From the NCBI RefSeq assembly GCF_001194135.2, contig NC_068985.1:78529798-78569317 (forward strand): DNA of 39,520 bases, in the 5' to 3' direction. The translations under genes were made by a program, and so were the position numbers. This stretch comes from Octopus bimaculoides. Taxonomy: Eukaryota. Position 1 is the first letter of the stretch; the number at the start of each line of letters is the position of its first letter. The notes under the pieces are model-generated. The model searched no databases and was not told where the DNA came from. It was given only the letters and a program-made list of their open reading frames with translations. Below are positions 11,345 to 22,321 of the stretch, piece by piece.

Positions 11345-12722
11345 TACAGGAATTCAAGACAGGTTGCCCCTGGGAGCTCCTCTATGCTGATGACCTTGCA
11401 CTAATTGCTGAGTCACTATCAGAACTAGAGAAGTTTCAGGTGTGGAAGCAGGGACTAGAATCGAAGGGCCTTAGAGTCAACCTAGCTAAAACCAAAGTCC
11501 TAATAAGTAGGAAGGTAGATAAAACACAAACCCCTTCAGGTAGATGGCCCTGCTCAATCTGTAGAAAAAGTGTAGGTAGAAACTCTATAAGATGTACCCA
11601 GTGCAAGCTATGGACACATAAGAGGTGCAGCAACATCAAAGGCAGGTTAACTAGGAAGTTAGTTTTTGTATGTGGCAGATGTTCAGGTGCAATAAACACT
11701 GTANNNNNNNNNNNNNNNNNNNNNNNNNNNNNNNNNNNNNNNNNNNNNNNNNTGGCGACAAAGAGCCTCTCACTCAGAGTAAAAGGCAGACTGTATGACA
11801 CATGTGTACGAACAGCCATGCTACATGGCAGTGAAACATGGGCTGTGACTGCTGAAGACATGTGTAAGCTCGCAAGGAATGAAGCCAGTATGCTCCGATG
11901 GATGAGTAATGTCAGTGTGCATACTCGACAGAGTGTAAATACCTTGAGAGAAAAATTGGACCTAAGAAGCATCAGTTGTAGTGTGCAAGAGAGACGATTG
12001 CGCTGGTATGGTCATATGGCAAGAATGGATGAGGATAGCTGTATGAAAAAGTACCACACCCTAGCAGTTGAGGGAACCTGTGGAAGAGGTAGACCCAGGA
12101 AGACCTGGGATGAGGTGGTGAAGCACGACATTTGAACATTAGGCCTCACTGAGGCAATGACTAGTGACCGAGACCTTTGGAATATACAGTGCATGAGAAG
12201 ACCCGGCAAGCCAAGTGAGACCATAATCCATGGCCTCTGCCAGGGATGTAGCCAGCCCACTTACGTGTACCTTTCCTTCATTGCACACTAAACTCGGCTT
12301 GCGAAGACCTGTTGGGGCAAGTGAAATCAAAATCGTGATTGAACCAAATTCAATGACTGGCACCTGTGCCAGTGGAGCACTAAGAGCACCATCCAAACGT
12401 GATCATTGCCAGAGAAGCTGTCTGGATTCCTTGCCAGTGGAACATAAATAGCACCATTTGAGCGTGATCGTTACCAGCGTCGCCTTACTGGCACATGAAA
12501 AAACATTCGAGCGAGGTCATTGTCAGTGCCGCTGGACTGGTTCCTGTGAAGGTGGCACGTAAAAGCACCCACTACACTCTCAGAGTGGTTGGCATTAGGA
12601 AGGGCATCCAGCTGTAGAAACTCTGCCAGATCAGATTGGAGCCTGATGCAGCATTCTGGTTCGCCAGTCCTCTGTGAAATGGTCCAACCCATGCTAGCAT
12701 GGAAGGCGGATGTTAAACGATG
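11345..12722 (+). mobile_element. 5'-truncated RTE-clade LINE: RT C-terminus with PHD-like insert, 3'UTR and (GAT)n tail
   Basis: Contains GCPWELLYADDLALIAES, GLRVNLAKTKVL, KGRLYDTCVRTAMLHGSETW, RRLRWYGHMARMDE and GRGRPRKTW. The 3'UTR is shared with other copies in the window. Confidence 0.92.
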
Positions 12723-13711
12723 NNNNNNNNNNNNNNNNNNNNNNNNNNNNNNNNNNNNNNNNNNNNNNNNNNNNNNNNNNNNNNNNNNNNNNNNNNNNNN
12801 NNNNNNNNNNNNNNNNNNNNNNNNNNNNNNNNNNNNNNNNNNNNNNNNNNNNNNNNNNNNNNNNNNNNNNNNNNNNNNNNNNNNNNNNNNNNNNNNNNNN
12901 NNNNNNNNNNNNNNNNNNNNNNNNNNNNNNNNNNNNNNNNNNNNNNNNNNNNNNNNNNNNNNNNNNNNNNNNNNNNNNNNNNNNNNNNNNNNNNNNNNNN
13001 NNNNNNNNNNNNNNNNNNNNNNNNNNNNNNNNNNNNNNNNNNNNNNNNNNNNNNNNNNNNNNNNNNNNNNNNNNNNNNNNNNNNNNNNNNNNNNNNNNNN
13101 NNNNNNNNNNNNNNNNNNNNNNNNNNNNNNNNNNNNNNNNNNNNNNNNNNNNNNNNNNNNNNNNNNNNNNNNNNNNNNNNNNNNNNNNNNNNNNNNNNNN
13201 NNNNNNNNNNNNNNNNNNNNNNNNNNNNNNNNNNNNNNNNNNNNNNNNNNNNNNNNNNNNNNNNNNNNNNNNNNNNNNNNNNNNNNNNNNNNNNNNNNNN
13301 NNNNNNNNNNNNNNNNNNNNNNNNNNNNNNNNNNNNNNNNNNNNNNNNNNNNNNNNNNNNNNNNNNNNNNNNNNNNNNNNNNNNNNNNNNNNNNNNNNNN
13401 NNNNNNNNNNNNNNNNNNNNNNNNNNNNNNNNNNNNNNNNNNNNNNNNNNNNNNNNNNNNNNNNNNNNNNNNNNNNNNNNNNNNNNNNNNNNNNNNNNNN
13501 NNNNNNNNNNNNNNNNNNNNNNNNNNNNNNNNNNNNNNNNNNNNNNNNNNNNNNNNNNNNNNNNNNNNNNNNNNNNNNNNNNNNNNNNNNNNNNNNNNNN
13601 NNNNNNNNNNNNNNNNNNNNNNNNNNNNNNNNNNNNNNNNNNNNNNNNNNNNNNNNNNNNNNNNNNNNNNNNNNNNNNNNNNNNNNNNNNNNNNNNNNNN
13701 NNNNNNNNNNN

Positions 13712-14033
13712 CTGCTCATGAAATTAATGTGCAAGTGGCTGAGCACTCCACAGACACATGTACCCTTAACGTAGTTCTCGGGGGTATTCAGCGTGACACA
13801 GTGTGACAAGGCTGGCCCTTTGAAATACAGGTACAACAGAAACAAGAAGAAAGAGTGAGAGAAAGTTGTGGTGAAAGAGTACAGCAGGGTTTGCCACCAC
13901 CCCCTGCCGGAGCCTCGTGGAGCTTTAGGTGTTTTCACTCAATAAACACTCACAACGCCCGGTCTAGGAATCGAAACCGCGATCCTATGACTGCGAGTCC
14001 GCTGCCCTAACCACTGGGCCATTGCGCCTCCAC
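13712..14033 (-). mobile_element. tRNA-derived SINE (same family as 26032-26410 and 29926-30295)
   Basis: Head gtggaggcgcaatggcccagtggttagggcagcggactcgcagtcataggatcgcggtttcgattc has an A box (TGGcccAGTGG) and a B box (GTTTCGATTC). The body matches the other two copies. Confidence 0.85.
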
Positions 14034-14048
14034 TCACACACACATATA

Positions 14049-14872
14049 CATGGTGATTCAAAAAGAATGAACTGATTTCATTATCCAATATTTTAATAAG
14101 GAAAAGCAATAGAAAACTCCACAATCAACTTTTATTTCCTGTCTAACAAGTGTTCAATGTGGCCACTACCTGCAGCATGGGCAACATCAATGTGATAAGA
14201 GAATTCCTCCTAGACATGTATTTGGAGAACAGAGCACCCACATGAAACAGTTGAGCATGAAAGAGATTCCCCTAAAGTGAAAATCTTCTGCACTGTCTCA
14301 GGACATGGTTTATGGTCCCTTTTTCTTTACAGGACAAACCTATCTTGATATGTTCCAAAACTGGCTCTTCACTTTTCTGCAAGCTGATTTGCACGACTTC
14401 ATTATACAACAAGATGGAGCACTTCCCCATTAGCACCTCTATGGTTTGAGCATTTTTAAATGAAAAAGTGCTCCAGCGATGGATTGGTCAGAAAGGGGCC
14501 CCAAGGCCTTGCTCTTTGTGCTTGGCCTGCAAGATCCCCAGACCTCACTGTATGTGATTTTTTTCTTGTGGGGGTATGTAAAACATTGTGTTTATGTTCC
14601 ACCACCACTCACTAACTTTGATGACCTTAAACATCGAATAAAAACAGCGATCAACTCAGTGGATTGTGATATGCTAATACGTGTCTAGGAGGAATTATCT
14701 CATCGCATTGATGTTGCCCATGCTGCAGATGGTGAACACACTGAACTCTTGTAAGACAGGAAATAAAAGTTGACATTGCGTAAATACTCGAGACTTAGCT
14801 GGAGTTTTCTATTGTTTTTCCTTATTAAAATATTGCATAATGAAATTGGTCCAATCTTTTAAAATAATCTTG
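14049..14872 (+). mobile_element. Tc1/mariner (rosa/DD41D-like) internally rearranged element with ~170-190-bp inverted arms
   Basis: Motifs HERDSPKV, VYGPFFF, QQDGA, WIG and WPARSPDLTVCDFFLWGYVK are present. TA flanks both ends. 14049-14220 is an inverted copy of ~14682-14872. Confidence 0.8.
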
Positions 14873-15059
14873 TATATATATATATACACACACATATATA
14901 TATATATATATATATNNNNNNNNNNNNNNNNNNNNNNNNNNNNNNNNNNNNNNNNNNNNNNNNNNNNNNNNNNNNNNNNNNNNNNNNNNNNNNNNNNNNN
15001 NNNNNNNNNNNNNNNTCCAAATTTTATTTAATTTGCTTTGCGGGAAGGACTGTTACAAC

Positions 15060-15270
15060 GAAGTCTCGTATTGTCCTTTCCTTCGAAATGCGGAGTAGAT
15101 GAAACAGGAACAACTGACGAAGGGGTATACTCTTTATGTTGCATGTCTCGTTTCTCTGTTTGTTTTTTTCGTTGTTCACAAAAAAGTTTGTTTCCTATGT
15201 TTTGTTTTTATGTTTTCGTTTTTCATTGTGTTGAACGTTTTTTTTTTTATGCCCTGTACCTATATATGCA
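15060..15270 (+). repeat. Possible Penelope-like terminal repeat; a related decayed copy at ~15760-16450 is split by the MITE
   Basis: aacaactgacgaagggg...tatgttgcatgtctcgtttctctgtttg...atgccctgtacc resembles acaacagatgttacttgtcctgtttttc...gacgtcatgtacc. The family assignment is only a resemblance. Confidence 0.3.
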
Positions 15271-15794
15271 TGTGTATATACATATATGTGTAGGTATGTA
15301 CATATATGTATGGATATATGCATATATTTATATATTATTTATATCATTATATAAATATATATATATATGTATGTATCCCCATATCATTTTCCCTCTCATC
15401 CTTTCTCTAATTCTTTTTTCTCTCTCTCCTCTTCTTTCTCCTTTACTCTCTCATTACTCACATGTGACCATCATCCGTCTTTCTGTTCCTCACATGATCA
15501 TCTTCCTTTTCTTTCAGGGCTGTCCTAAAGACTGTACGTATCCTAGATCTCTCTCTTCTATCTTCTCTCTTGTTTGCTATTTTACCCACATTCTGGTCTA
15601 ATGACCCTCCATGATAGTTTTTGTTCAGTTTCCTTGTATGTCTCCACTGTTCTGTTTTTGTTCCCAACATTGACCCTCCATAAATATCAAATGTTATTTT
15701 GGTACTTATGGGAGTAACTGTCTTCGAACACTCATATTGTCGTTCAATGCCTGAAATGAGGAATAGATAGACAGCCAACAACAGATGTTACTTG

Positions 15795-16359
15795 GGATCT
15801 TTTTTAAAACGGGGGCCACATTTTTCATTAATGAAACACTTTGAAACTTGGAACACTGGTAGAATGTGTCATATAAAACATCTTTTTCTCTTAGTCTTCT
15901 TAAAAAAAAAAAAAGAAATCCATAAGTTATTCCATGTTAAAGTTGTCGTATTTCTGTAATTTCAACCAATCACTGACGCCCATTCAGCCGATATACATTA
16001 AGTGCCAACTACATAAACAAACGATTCTGAAAAAATTAACCCTAACCCTAGGGTTAGGGTTAGGGTTAAAGCAAATTTAAAATGAAAAAAGCAAATAAAA
16101 CGAAGGTATGGAGATTAAATACGCTTTACATCGCTTAATCAGCCAAAGGAGTAAATATAAACAACTGAATACTTGTCAGTGATTGGTTGAAATTATCGAA
16201 ATAAGACAATTTTTTACATGAAATAAATTCGAATACAAAAATATTTTTCTGTTTTATAACACAAAATAGATAAGTATACGAAGTTTGAAAGTCTTTCCGT
16301 ACCAAAAACACTACGTAAAACATTAATGAAAAATGTGGCCCCCGTTTTAAAATAGATCC
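15795..16359. mobile_element. 565-bp MITE, Merlin-like (GG termini, 8-bp TSD)
   Basis: 39-bp TIRs, 38/39 matching (15795-15833 and 16321-16359). Perfect TSD GTTACTTG at 15787-94 and 16360-67. Internal inverted repeat aatttcaaccaatcactgac / gtcagtgattggttgaaatt. Central telomere-like palindrome. Confidence 0.85.
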
Positions 16360-16844
16360 GTTACTTGTCCTGTTTTTCATTTTGTTTCTCTCGTTTGCGT
16401 ATTGAACTCTTGTTTTCGTATTTCATGTTTACTGTTGGTGACGTCATGTACCCATATATGCACACACACACATATATATATATATATCAGTTCAAAAGAG
16501 AACAATTCAAACTTTTTGAGAGGTCCAAAAAGAAGAGTTCTTAGGCTTTGAGTGAAGACTCTACCCATTAGGGTCAGTCCTTTTTAGGACCACACACTTT
16601 CAAGAAAGAATATAAAGATCACAATATGAATAAATCATATAAACACACATAATAAAAAGACGTTCTCTTATTATCTCTTGCATTTAAAACTTGGACTTTA
16701 TCTTCTTCCATTAATAATTATGAATATCAATGATTGCAGTCGGAAATGTTTGTTAGGTACAAAATCATCATGAAATTGAAGTTTGTATTCATCCTGCATT
16801 TCTCCCTTTTCATTAGCCCCAGTTATTTCCTGGTTTCCCTCGCG

Positions 16845-16903
16845 TTTTTCCCCCATCAGTGACCAAAAATCGGGGGTGCTGCTTATACCAGCAAATATGG
16901 TAA
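16845..16903 (-). mobile_element. Possible Tc2/pogo-like TIR remnant
   Basis: The reverse complement taccatatttgctggtataagcagcacccc resembles TACCGTATTT...TATAAG..GCACC termini. Confidence 0.35.
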
Positions 16904-17139
16904 TCTACTTATGCCCTCCCTCAAAAGTGTTGACCTTGTATCAAAATTTGAAATCAATATCTAATGTTACAAGGTGATAAATATCATGTAAGAAATAAAT
17001 TCTTTTGATCATTTCACTACTGCTCATTACAGTCCATATAATTGTAACACGTTTGACCATTACTTCAATATATAAACAATGGAAAGATGTACGATTTTCT
17101 TCGATGTATGAAAACCTATGGAGATTTGAATTGCCAGTG

Positions 17140-17346
17140 CCACATAAAAAGAATTCCCTGCTGGTGCCACATAAAAGTATTTGTGTCGGTGGCATGCTAA
17201 AAGCACCTAGCACAAACTGTAAAGTGGTTGTAGAAACCAGGTTACAACAGACTGGAACAGAGTGTAGCTTCCCAGCACTAGTCAAACAGTCCAACATGTG
17301 CCGGCATGGGAAATGGACGTTAAATGATGAAGGTGATGATGATGAT
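17140..17346 (+). mobile_element. RTE-tailed SINE or RTE 3'UTR remnant with (GAT)n
   Basis: ggtggca.gctaaaagcacc...tgtaaagtggtt...catggga.atggacgttaaatgatga..gatgatgat. Confidence 0.65.
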
Positions 17347-17917
17347 GATAAAGAATACAGACTTATTATCTAGACATGCAGTTTAATATCCTAAAAAAAG
17401 TGAACGTAAAATGGATTATATAACACAAAAACTATGCATACAACAAGCATATTGTTTGTTTGTTTTTTTCAATCTCTTTAACTATTTCACCACACATAAA
17501 TACGAAGTAGATAAAGCATCAGTTCATTCCGCATTGTCAGCCGAGTTTCTTGTTGAGCATTCATCACTCCTCCATAGTCTCCTCTCACGTTGGATCAACA
17601 AAATTTATATATGGTTTACAACTTCTTAACTATATATGTGGCCTAAACTAACATAAGAAACCTACCCATCGGATATCAAACAGGTCCTTGTGACTTTTCA
17701 CTGGTGTTTGTTGTTGGGCATAATACAATACTACTACCCTGCAACTACTTCAAAATGTTCATGCTGTCACAAGAAGATAGTATATAACTGGGTGTCTGTG
17801 TTTCATCTATCTATGCTAACACGTAATCTTCACCTTCATGTCATTGACGATTATTGCTAACTAGCTTTACTGTTACTCTGTGAACTTCAAGTGAAAGTGT
17901 GTCATATCACAACGATG

Positions 17918-17964
<47 letters not shown>

Positions 17965-19354
17965 CAGTTTATGAAGTTCAATGGTTACTGAAAGGTATTT
18001 GTAGAACATTTCATTATAAAATATCCACTTTTCAGAAAGTTACAAAGAAACAAACTTCAGTGGAGTACAATTATGTAAGTGCGCCTAGATTGGCAGGCAG
18101 ACAGATAGACAGGCAGATAGACAGACAAAAAGAGAGAGAGAGATTATTCAACCTGTTGACGGTGGAGGTCTAGGACGGCTAGTTAGCCATGAAATCTGAG
18201 AGAGAATGAAGTTTACAGAATGTAAAAGAGGTGGAATAGTTTAAAACTAGTGATTAAAAAATTGACCGTTCCTACCTCATAAATATGTACGAATAAATAA
18301 TACAAGTTAACCGTTATGGATAACATAATCACTAAGATTGTCCGCAATATAACCAAATGCACGATCTCTTTTTTCTTTACTGCTCTGTCGAATAGTTCAA
18401 ACCAGGAAGTAAACTGGTATGGAGAATTAATGAAAACTAACAAGCGGTGTCTAACTGAAACTAAATTTTCAACATTTTCTTTCAGTTTATACTGGAAATG
18501 ACGTAGAGATAACAGATACTTTCATTTATTTCATATGTATATCACTGCTCTCTCTATATATATATATATACACACACACACACATAGATAAAAATTGTCA
18601 CTTAGTGATAATCATAGCAGGAGCCAGCGACTGTTAAACTGTTTTCAATACTCTTTTCTATTCAAGTGCATGTACATAACGCGCGCACACATATATTCAA
18701 ACATTAACACACACGCTTAATCGAACATATGCACCCCCTACACCTCGTGTTCTCGAGATGAAATTCGTCTACCCTGCAGGCTATCCACCTTCTCCCTTTC
18801 TCTCTCTCTCCCTCACACATACACACACACACAACACACCCTTTCTATCTCGCACCCCACCATCAACATATACACTCGTCCGTCATTTTCTCTCTCTCTT
18901 TCACTTTATGCTGACATCAAATGAAATGTACATTTCCACTCTTGTACCCACTAAACTTTTGGAAGGATTGCCAAAATATGATTCTTTACCGCACAAACAC
19001 CAAAGACTTCCAAAGTAGAGGTTAAGGGATTATGTGGTCATCTGCATTCTTTTCTCTGGGCTTGTTACTCCGTAGGTTGGTACCGATTGATGACTGCTAT
19101 TTCTAGCATCGGAGGTCAACAGTTTTATATAGAAGAAAACTAAATCTGTTGTGATTTTTGACAACAAACTTTTATTCTTTTCGCATACACGCAGACATCA
19201 ATCGTTTTGAGTCTCACAGTTATCATTATCTTCGTTACTTTCCGTGAAAATTTTTTTATCTCATCAGAAAACTTGAAAGCACATGCTATCAACTATAAAC
19301 ACTTTTGTCGAAGGGGAAGAAGCAGATGGATCACAAGTTCTGACTCATATCTTT

Positions 19355-19765
19355 ATTCTTCTATTTGTTTCAGTCATTTGACTGCGGTCATGCTGGAGCA
19401 TCGCCTTTAGTCGAACAAACTGATCCCAGGAATTATTTTTTGTGAGCCTAGTGCTTATTCTATCGGTTGCTTTTTGCCGAACCGGTAAGTTACGGGGACG
19501 TAAACACACCAGCATCGCTTGTCAAGCGAAGTGGGGGAGGGGTACAAACACAGACACACACACACACACATACATATATATATATACCGGATTAAGCACA
19601 TAAATGTGAAACAAGGTGGAAAAAAGAGTATATAATATATACGACGAGCTTCTTTCGGTTTCCGTCTCTCAAAATCCACTCACAAGGCTTTAGTCAGCCC
19701 GTGACTATAGTAGAAGACACTTGCTCAAGGTGCCACGCAGTGAGACAGGTTGGTAAGCAAGCTTA
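19355..19765 (-). mobile_element. tRNA/CORE-like SINE with internal microsatellite; head truncated by a Helitron
   Basis: The reverse complement reads gcttgcttaccaacc...ctgcgtggcaccttgagcaagtgtcttctactatag...gacggaaaccgaaagaagctcgtcg, then a microsatellite, then a 3' half matching 1651-1835. Confidence 0.8.
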
Positions 19766-19769
19766 TTAA

Positions 19770-19900
19770 CTAGCTGACCCCGTGTCGTCAAAAATGACGA
19801 TTAATTGTAGTATTTTATTTATAAATATGGATGGTAAATCAAATTAATACACTTGTCAACGTTATCTAGTGGCTGTTTTTTGAGATGTGACATCTATCAT
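19770..19900 (-). mobile_element. Helitron-like 3' terminus
   Basis: On the minus strand, the hairpin tcgtcatttttgacga (19785-19800) lies ~11 nt before CTAG (19770-73), which is followed by T. The full extent is unknown. Confidence 0.55.
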
Positions 19901-20396
19901 CGTTTGTTACTGAAAGAACGCTAGTTCACTCATACAAACATTTACATACTTCCCTTATACAAGCACACATATATTAAGAGTTGAAACGCTGTTTGACTTC
20001 TTTTCAGCGTTGAATGTTCACCATCCCACTTCTATTGCAAACACACACACACACACACACAACCATTCACATAACTCCCTTTTACATACACATACATATA
20101 CTCACACAGAGATGAAACGTTCACACTGCCTGTTTGCCATCGCCCCTTCCTTTCTCATTCATATGTTGTGACAGAAAAAAACACAAGAGTATTATTATAG
20201 TAGATAAAGTTTAACATTAAATTAACGCGTGACATCTGTAAAGGACCGTGTGATGCGAGATAACCAGAGTTGATGTTGGACACCACACTGTACTTACAAT
20301 ATATGTAAGCTGGAATGCGACAGGTGTGCGGGAAGAAAAGAGAGAGGCATAAAGCCTTAAACATAGATGGGGACACCAGAGGGACAGACAAGACTA

Positions 20397-20657
20397 CTTG
20401 CAAAAACACGAAGATTAAGAATAAACAGAAAAAGTACACAAATATATTGTACATACCTGTCGTATACGTCGGTTTTGTTTAAACAAACATTTTTTAACTA
20501 ATACAAGATTTCACATAAGATCAATGAAGAACACAAACACGTACTGAAACAGTGACTAAACTTATGTTATTATAAACAAAACCGACGTATACGACAACTA
20601 TGCAAAATATATTTGTGTACTTTTTCTGTTTATTCTTAATCTTCGTGTTTTTGCAAG
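20397..20657. repeat. 85-bp inverted repeat (81/85) with 91-bp spacer
   Basis: 20397-20481 matches the reverse complement of 20573-20657. The outer 52 bp are identical. Confidence 0.9.
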
Positions 20658-21484
20658 ATTGAAAAAAAGTTTCGGAAAGCTAACATTTTAAAATTCTTCG
20701 GGAAGCGACACTGTGATAGTTTCTATATTTAACCGTGCGTGTATATTCNNNNNNNNNNNNNNNNNNNNNNNNNNNNNNNNNNNNNNNNNNNNNNNNNNNN
20801 NNNNNNNNNNNNNNNNNNNNNNNNNNNNNNNNNNNNNNNNNNNNNNNNNNNNNNNNNNNNNNNNNNNNNNNNNNNNNNNNNNNNNNNNNNNNNNNNNNNN
20901 NNNNNNNNNNNNNNNNNNNNNNNNNNNNNNNNNNNNNNNNNNNNNNNNNNNNNNNNNNNNNNNNNNNNNNNNNNNNNNNNNNNNNNNNNNNNNNNNNNNN
21001 NNNNNNNNNNNNNNNNNNNNNNNNNNNNNNNNNNNNNNNNNNNNNNNNNNNNNNNNNNNNNNNNNNNNNNNNNNNNNNNNNNNNNNNNNNNNNNNNNNNN
21101 NNNNNNNNNNNNNNNNNNNNNNNNNNNNNNNNNNNNNNNNNNNNNNNNNNNNNNNNNNNNNNNNNNNNNNNNNNNNNNNNNNNNNNNNNNNNNNNNNNNN
21201 NNNNNNNNNNNNNNNNNNNNNNNNNNNNNNNNNNNNNNNNNNNNNNNNNNNNNNNNNNNNNNNNNNNNNNNNNNNNNNNNNNNNNNNNNNNNNNNNNNNN
21301 NNNNNNNNNNNNNNNNNNNNNNNNNNNNNNNNNNNNNNNNNNNNNNNNNNNNNNNNNNNNNNNNNNNNNNNNNNNNNNNNNNNNNNNNNNNNNNNNNNNN
21401 NNNNNNNNNNNNNNNNNNNNNNNNNNNNNNNNNNNNNNNNNNNNNNNNNNNNNNNNNNNNNNNNNNNNNNNNNNNNNNNNNNNN

Positions 21485-21675
21485 AGTGAAAAACTGGATA
21501 AATGTAACCACCCGACTTCGGGGATCGAATGGACATTGCGCCTCATTTTTTTCATTCTTGCATATTCTCATTTTATTTTAATTACTCCGATTTTATGTTA
21601 GCGTTTTGTACTGTCTTTATGTTTTGTGATATCTTAAAAATTCTTTGTATAGCGCTTTATGGGTAATAAAGAAAT
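21485..21675 (+). mobile_element. 3' end of an unidentified retroelement carrying the family tail (body lies in the gap)
   Basis: An AT-rich 3'UTR-like tract ends ...tatgggtaataaagaaat and is immediately followed by SINE sequence starting cggtattttgtct. It has no Nin domain of its own. Confidence 0.5.
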
Positions 21676-21850
21676 CGGTATTTTGTCTGCCGTTACGTTC
21701 TGAATTCAAATTCCGCCGGGGTCGACTTTGCCTTTCATCCTTTCGGGGTCGATAAATTCAGTACCAGTTACGCACTGGGTCGATGTAATCGACTTAATCC
21801 CTTTGTCTGTCCCCTCTATGTTTATCCCCCTTGTGGGTAATAAAGAAACA
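21676..21850 (+). mobile_element. Headless Nin/Deu-domain SINE (B box, central domain, tail)
   Basis: cggtattttgtctgccgttacgttctgaattcaaattccgccggggtcgactttgcctttcatcctttcggggtcgataaattcagtaccagttacgcactgggtcgatgtaatcgact...ccccttgtgggtaataaagaaac. Confidence 0.85.
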
Positions 21851-22053
21851 AGTATTGAGTGAAGAGGAAAACTACAGAAAGTCGAAAGAGGTGTGGAGAT
21901 AGCATTGTAATTCTTCATTACCCACGAGGGGCCGACAAAGAGGGACATACAATTACATTGGGAACACATAAAAAAATGTACAATTAAAATAATATATCAA
22001 ATAAATAAAAACGTATGATATAATGAAAGATGGATAAAACGTAAAGATGAAAA

Positions 22054-22083
22054 TGGTGTTGCCCGCCCCATCAGGCAACACCA
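22054..22083. other. Perfect 10-bp stem-loop in the 3'UTR of element A
   Basis: tggtgttgcc-cgccccatca-ggcaacacca. On the element (minus) strand it is followed by ttttcatctttt. Confidence 0.7.
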
Positions 22084-22321
22084 CTTGCTTCCTTTTCTCT
22101 ATACTCCATTATGTCCAACTCAAATCTCTATCAAGAGGTAGCATTGACCCGCCAGGAGTGGAGGTGGAATTTAAAGAGTTGCCACCAGTGGTGGATTTAA
22201 GAGATATCGAACTCTAAAAGTATGAAATTAAAGAGAAAAAAAAAAGAACAATTGTAAATAATACATATAACGGTTCAAATGGTACTGCATGGGAATGGGG
22301 CCCATGTGTCCATTTTCATTT

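Noticed and set aside
13960-14033. Genuine tRNA genes at SINE heads (also 23706-23764, 25053-25111, 26032 and 29926)
   Set aside because: They continue into SINE bodies or lack a B box and acceptor stem, so they are tRNA-derived repeats.
15078-15130. Hammerhead ribozyme (GAAA and CTGACGA motifs)
   Set aside because: Motif order does not fit type I, and I could not form stems I and III for a permuted fold. A covariance-model search would settle it.
16037-16068. Telomere-fusion scar
   Set aside because: The orientation is CCCTAA then TTAGGG, opposite to an end-to-end fusion. It also lies inside a MITE with TIRs and a TSD.
17500-18520. Additional small host exons
   Set aside because: Several AG/GT-bounded open stretches exist, but none has convincing splice signals or recognisable protein similarity.
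9855-21601. Long ORFs in the track made of X residues (also 1399-1706 and 38228-38959)
   Set aside because: These are artefacts of translating N-gaps.
22054-22083. Bacterial rho-independent terminator or contamination
   Set aside because: The context is eukaryotic retroelement sequence, with no operon-like coding density anywhere in the window.
21950-22320. ORF2 remnant in element A's 3' region
   Set aside because: No endonuclease, RT or C-terminal zinc motif was seen in any frame by eye. A translated HMM search could overturn this.
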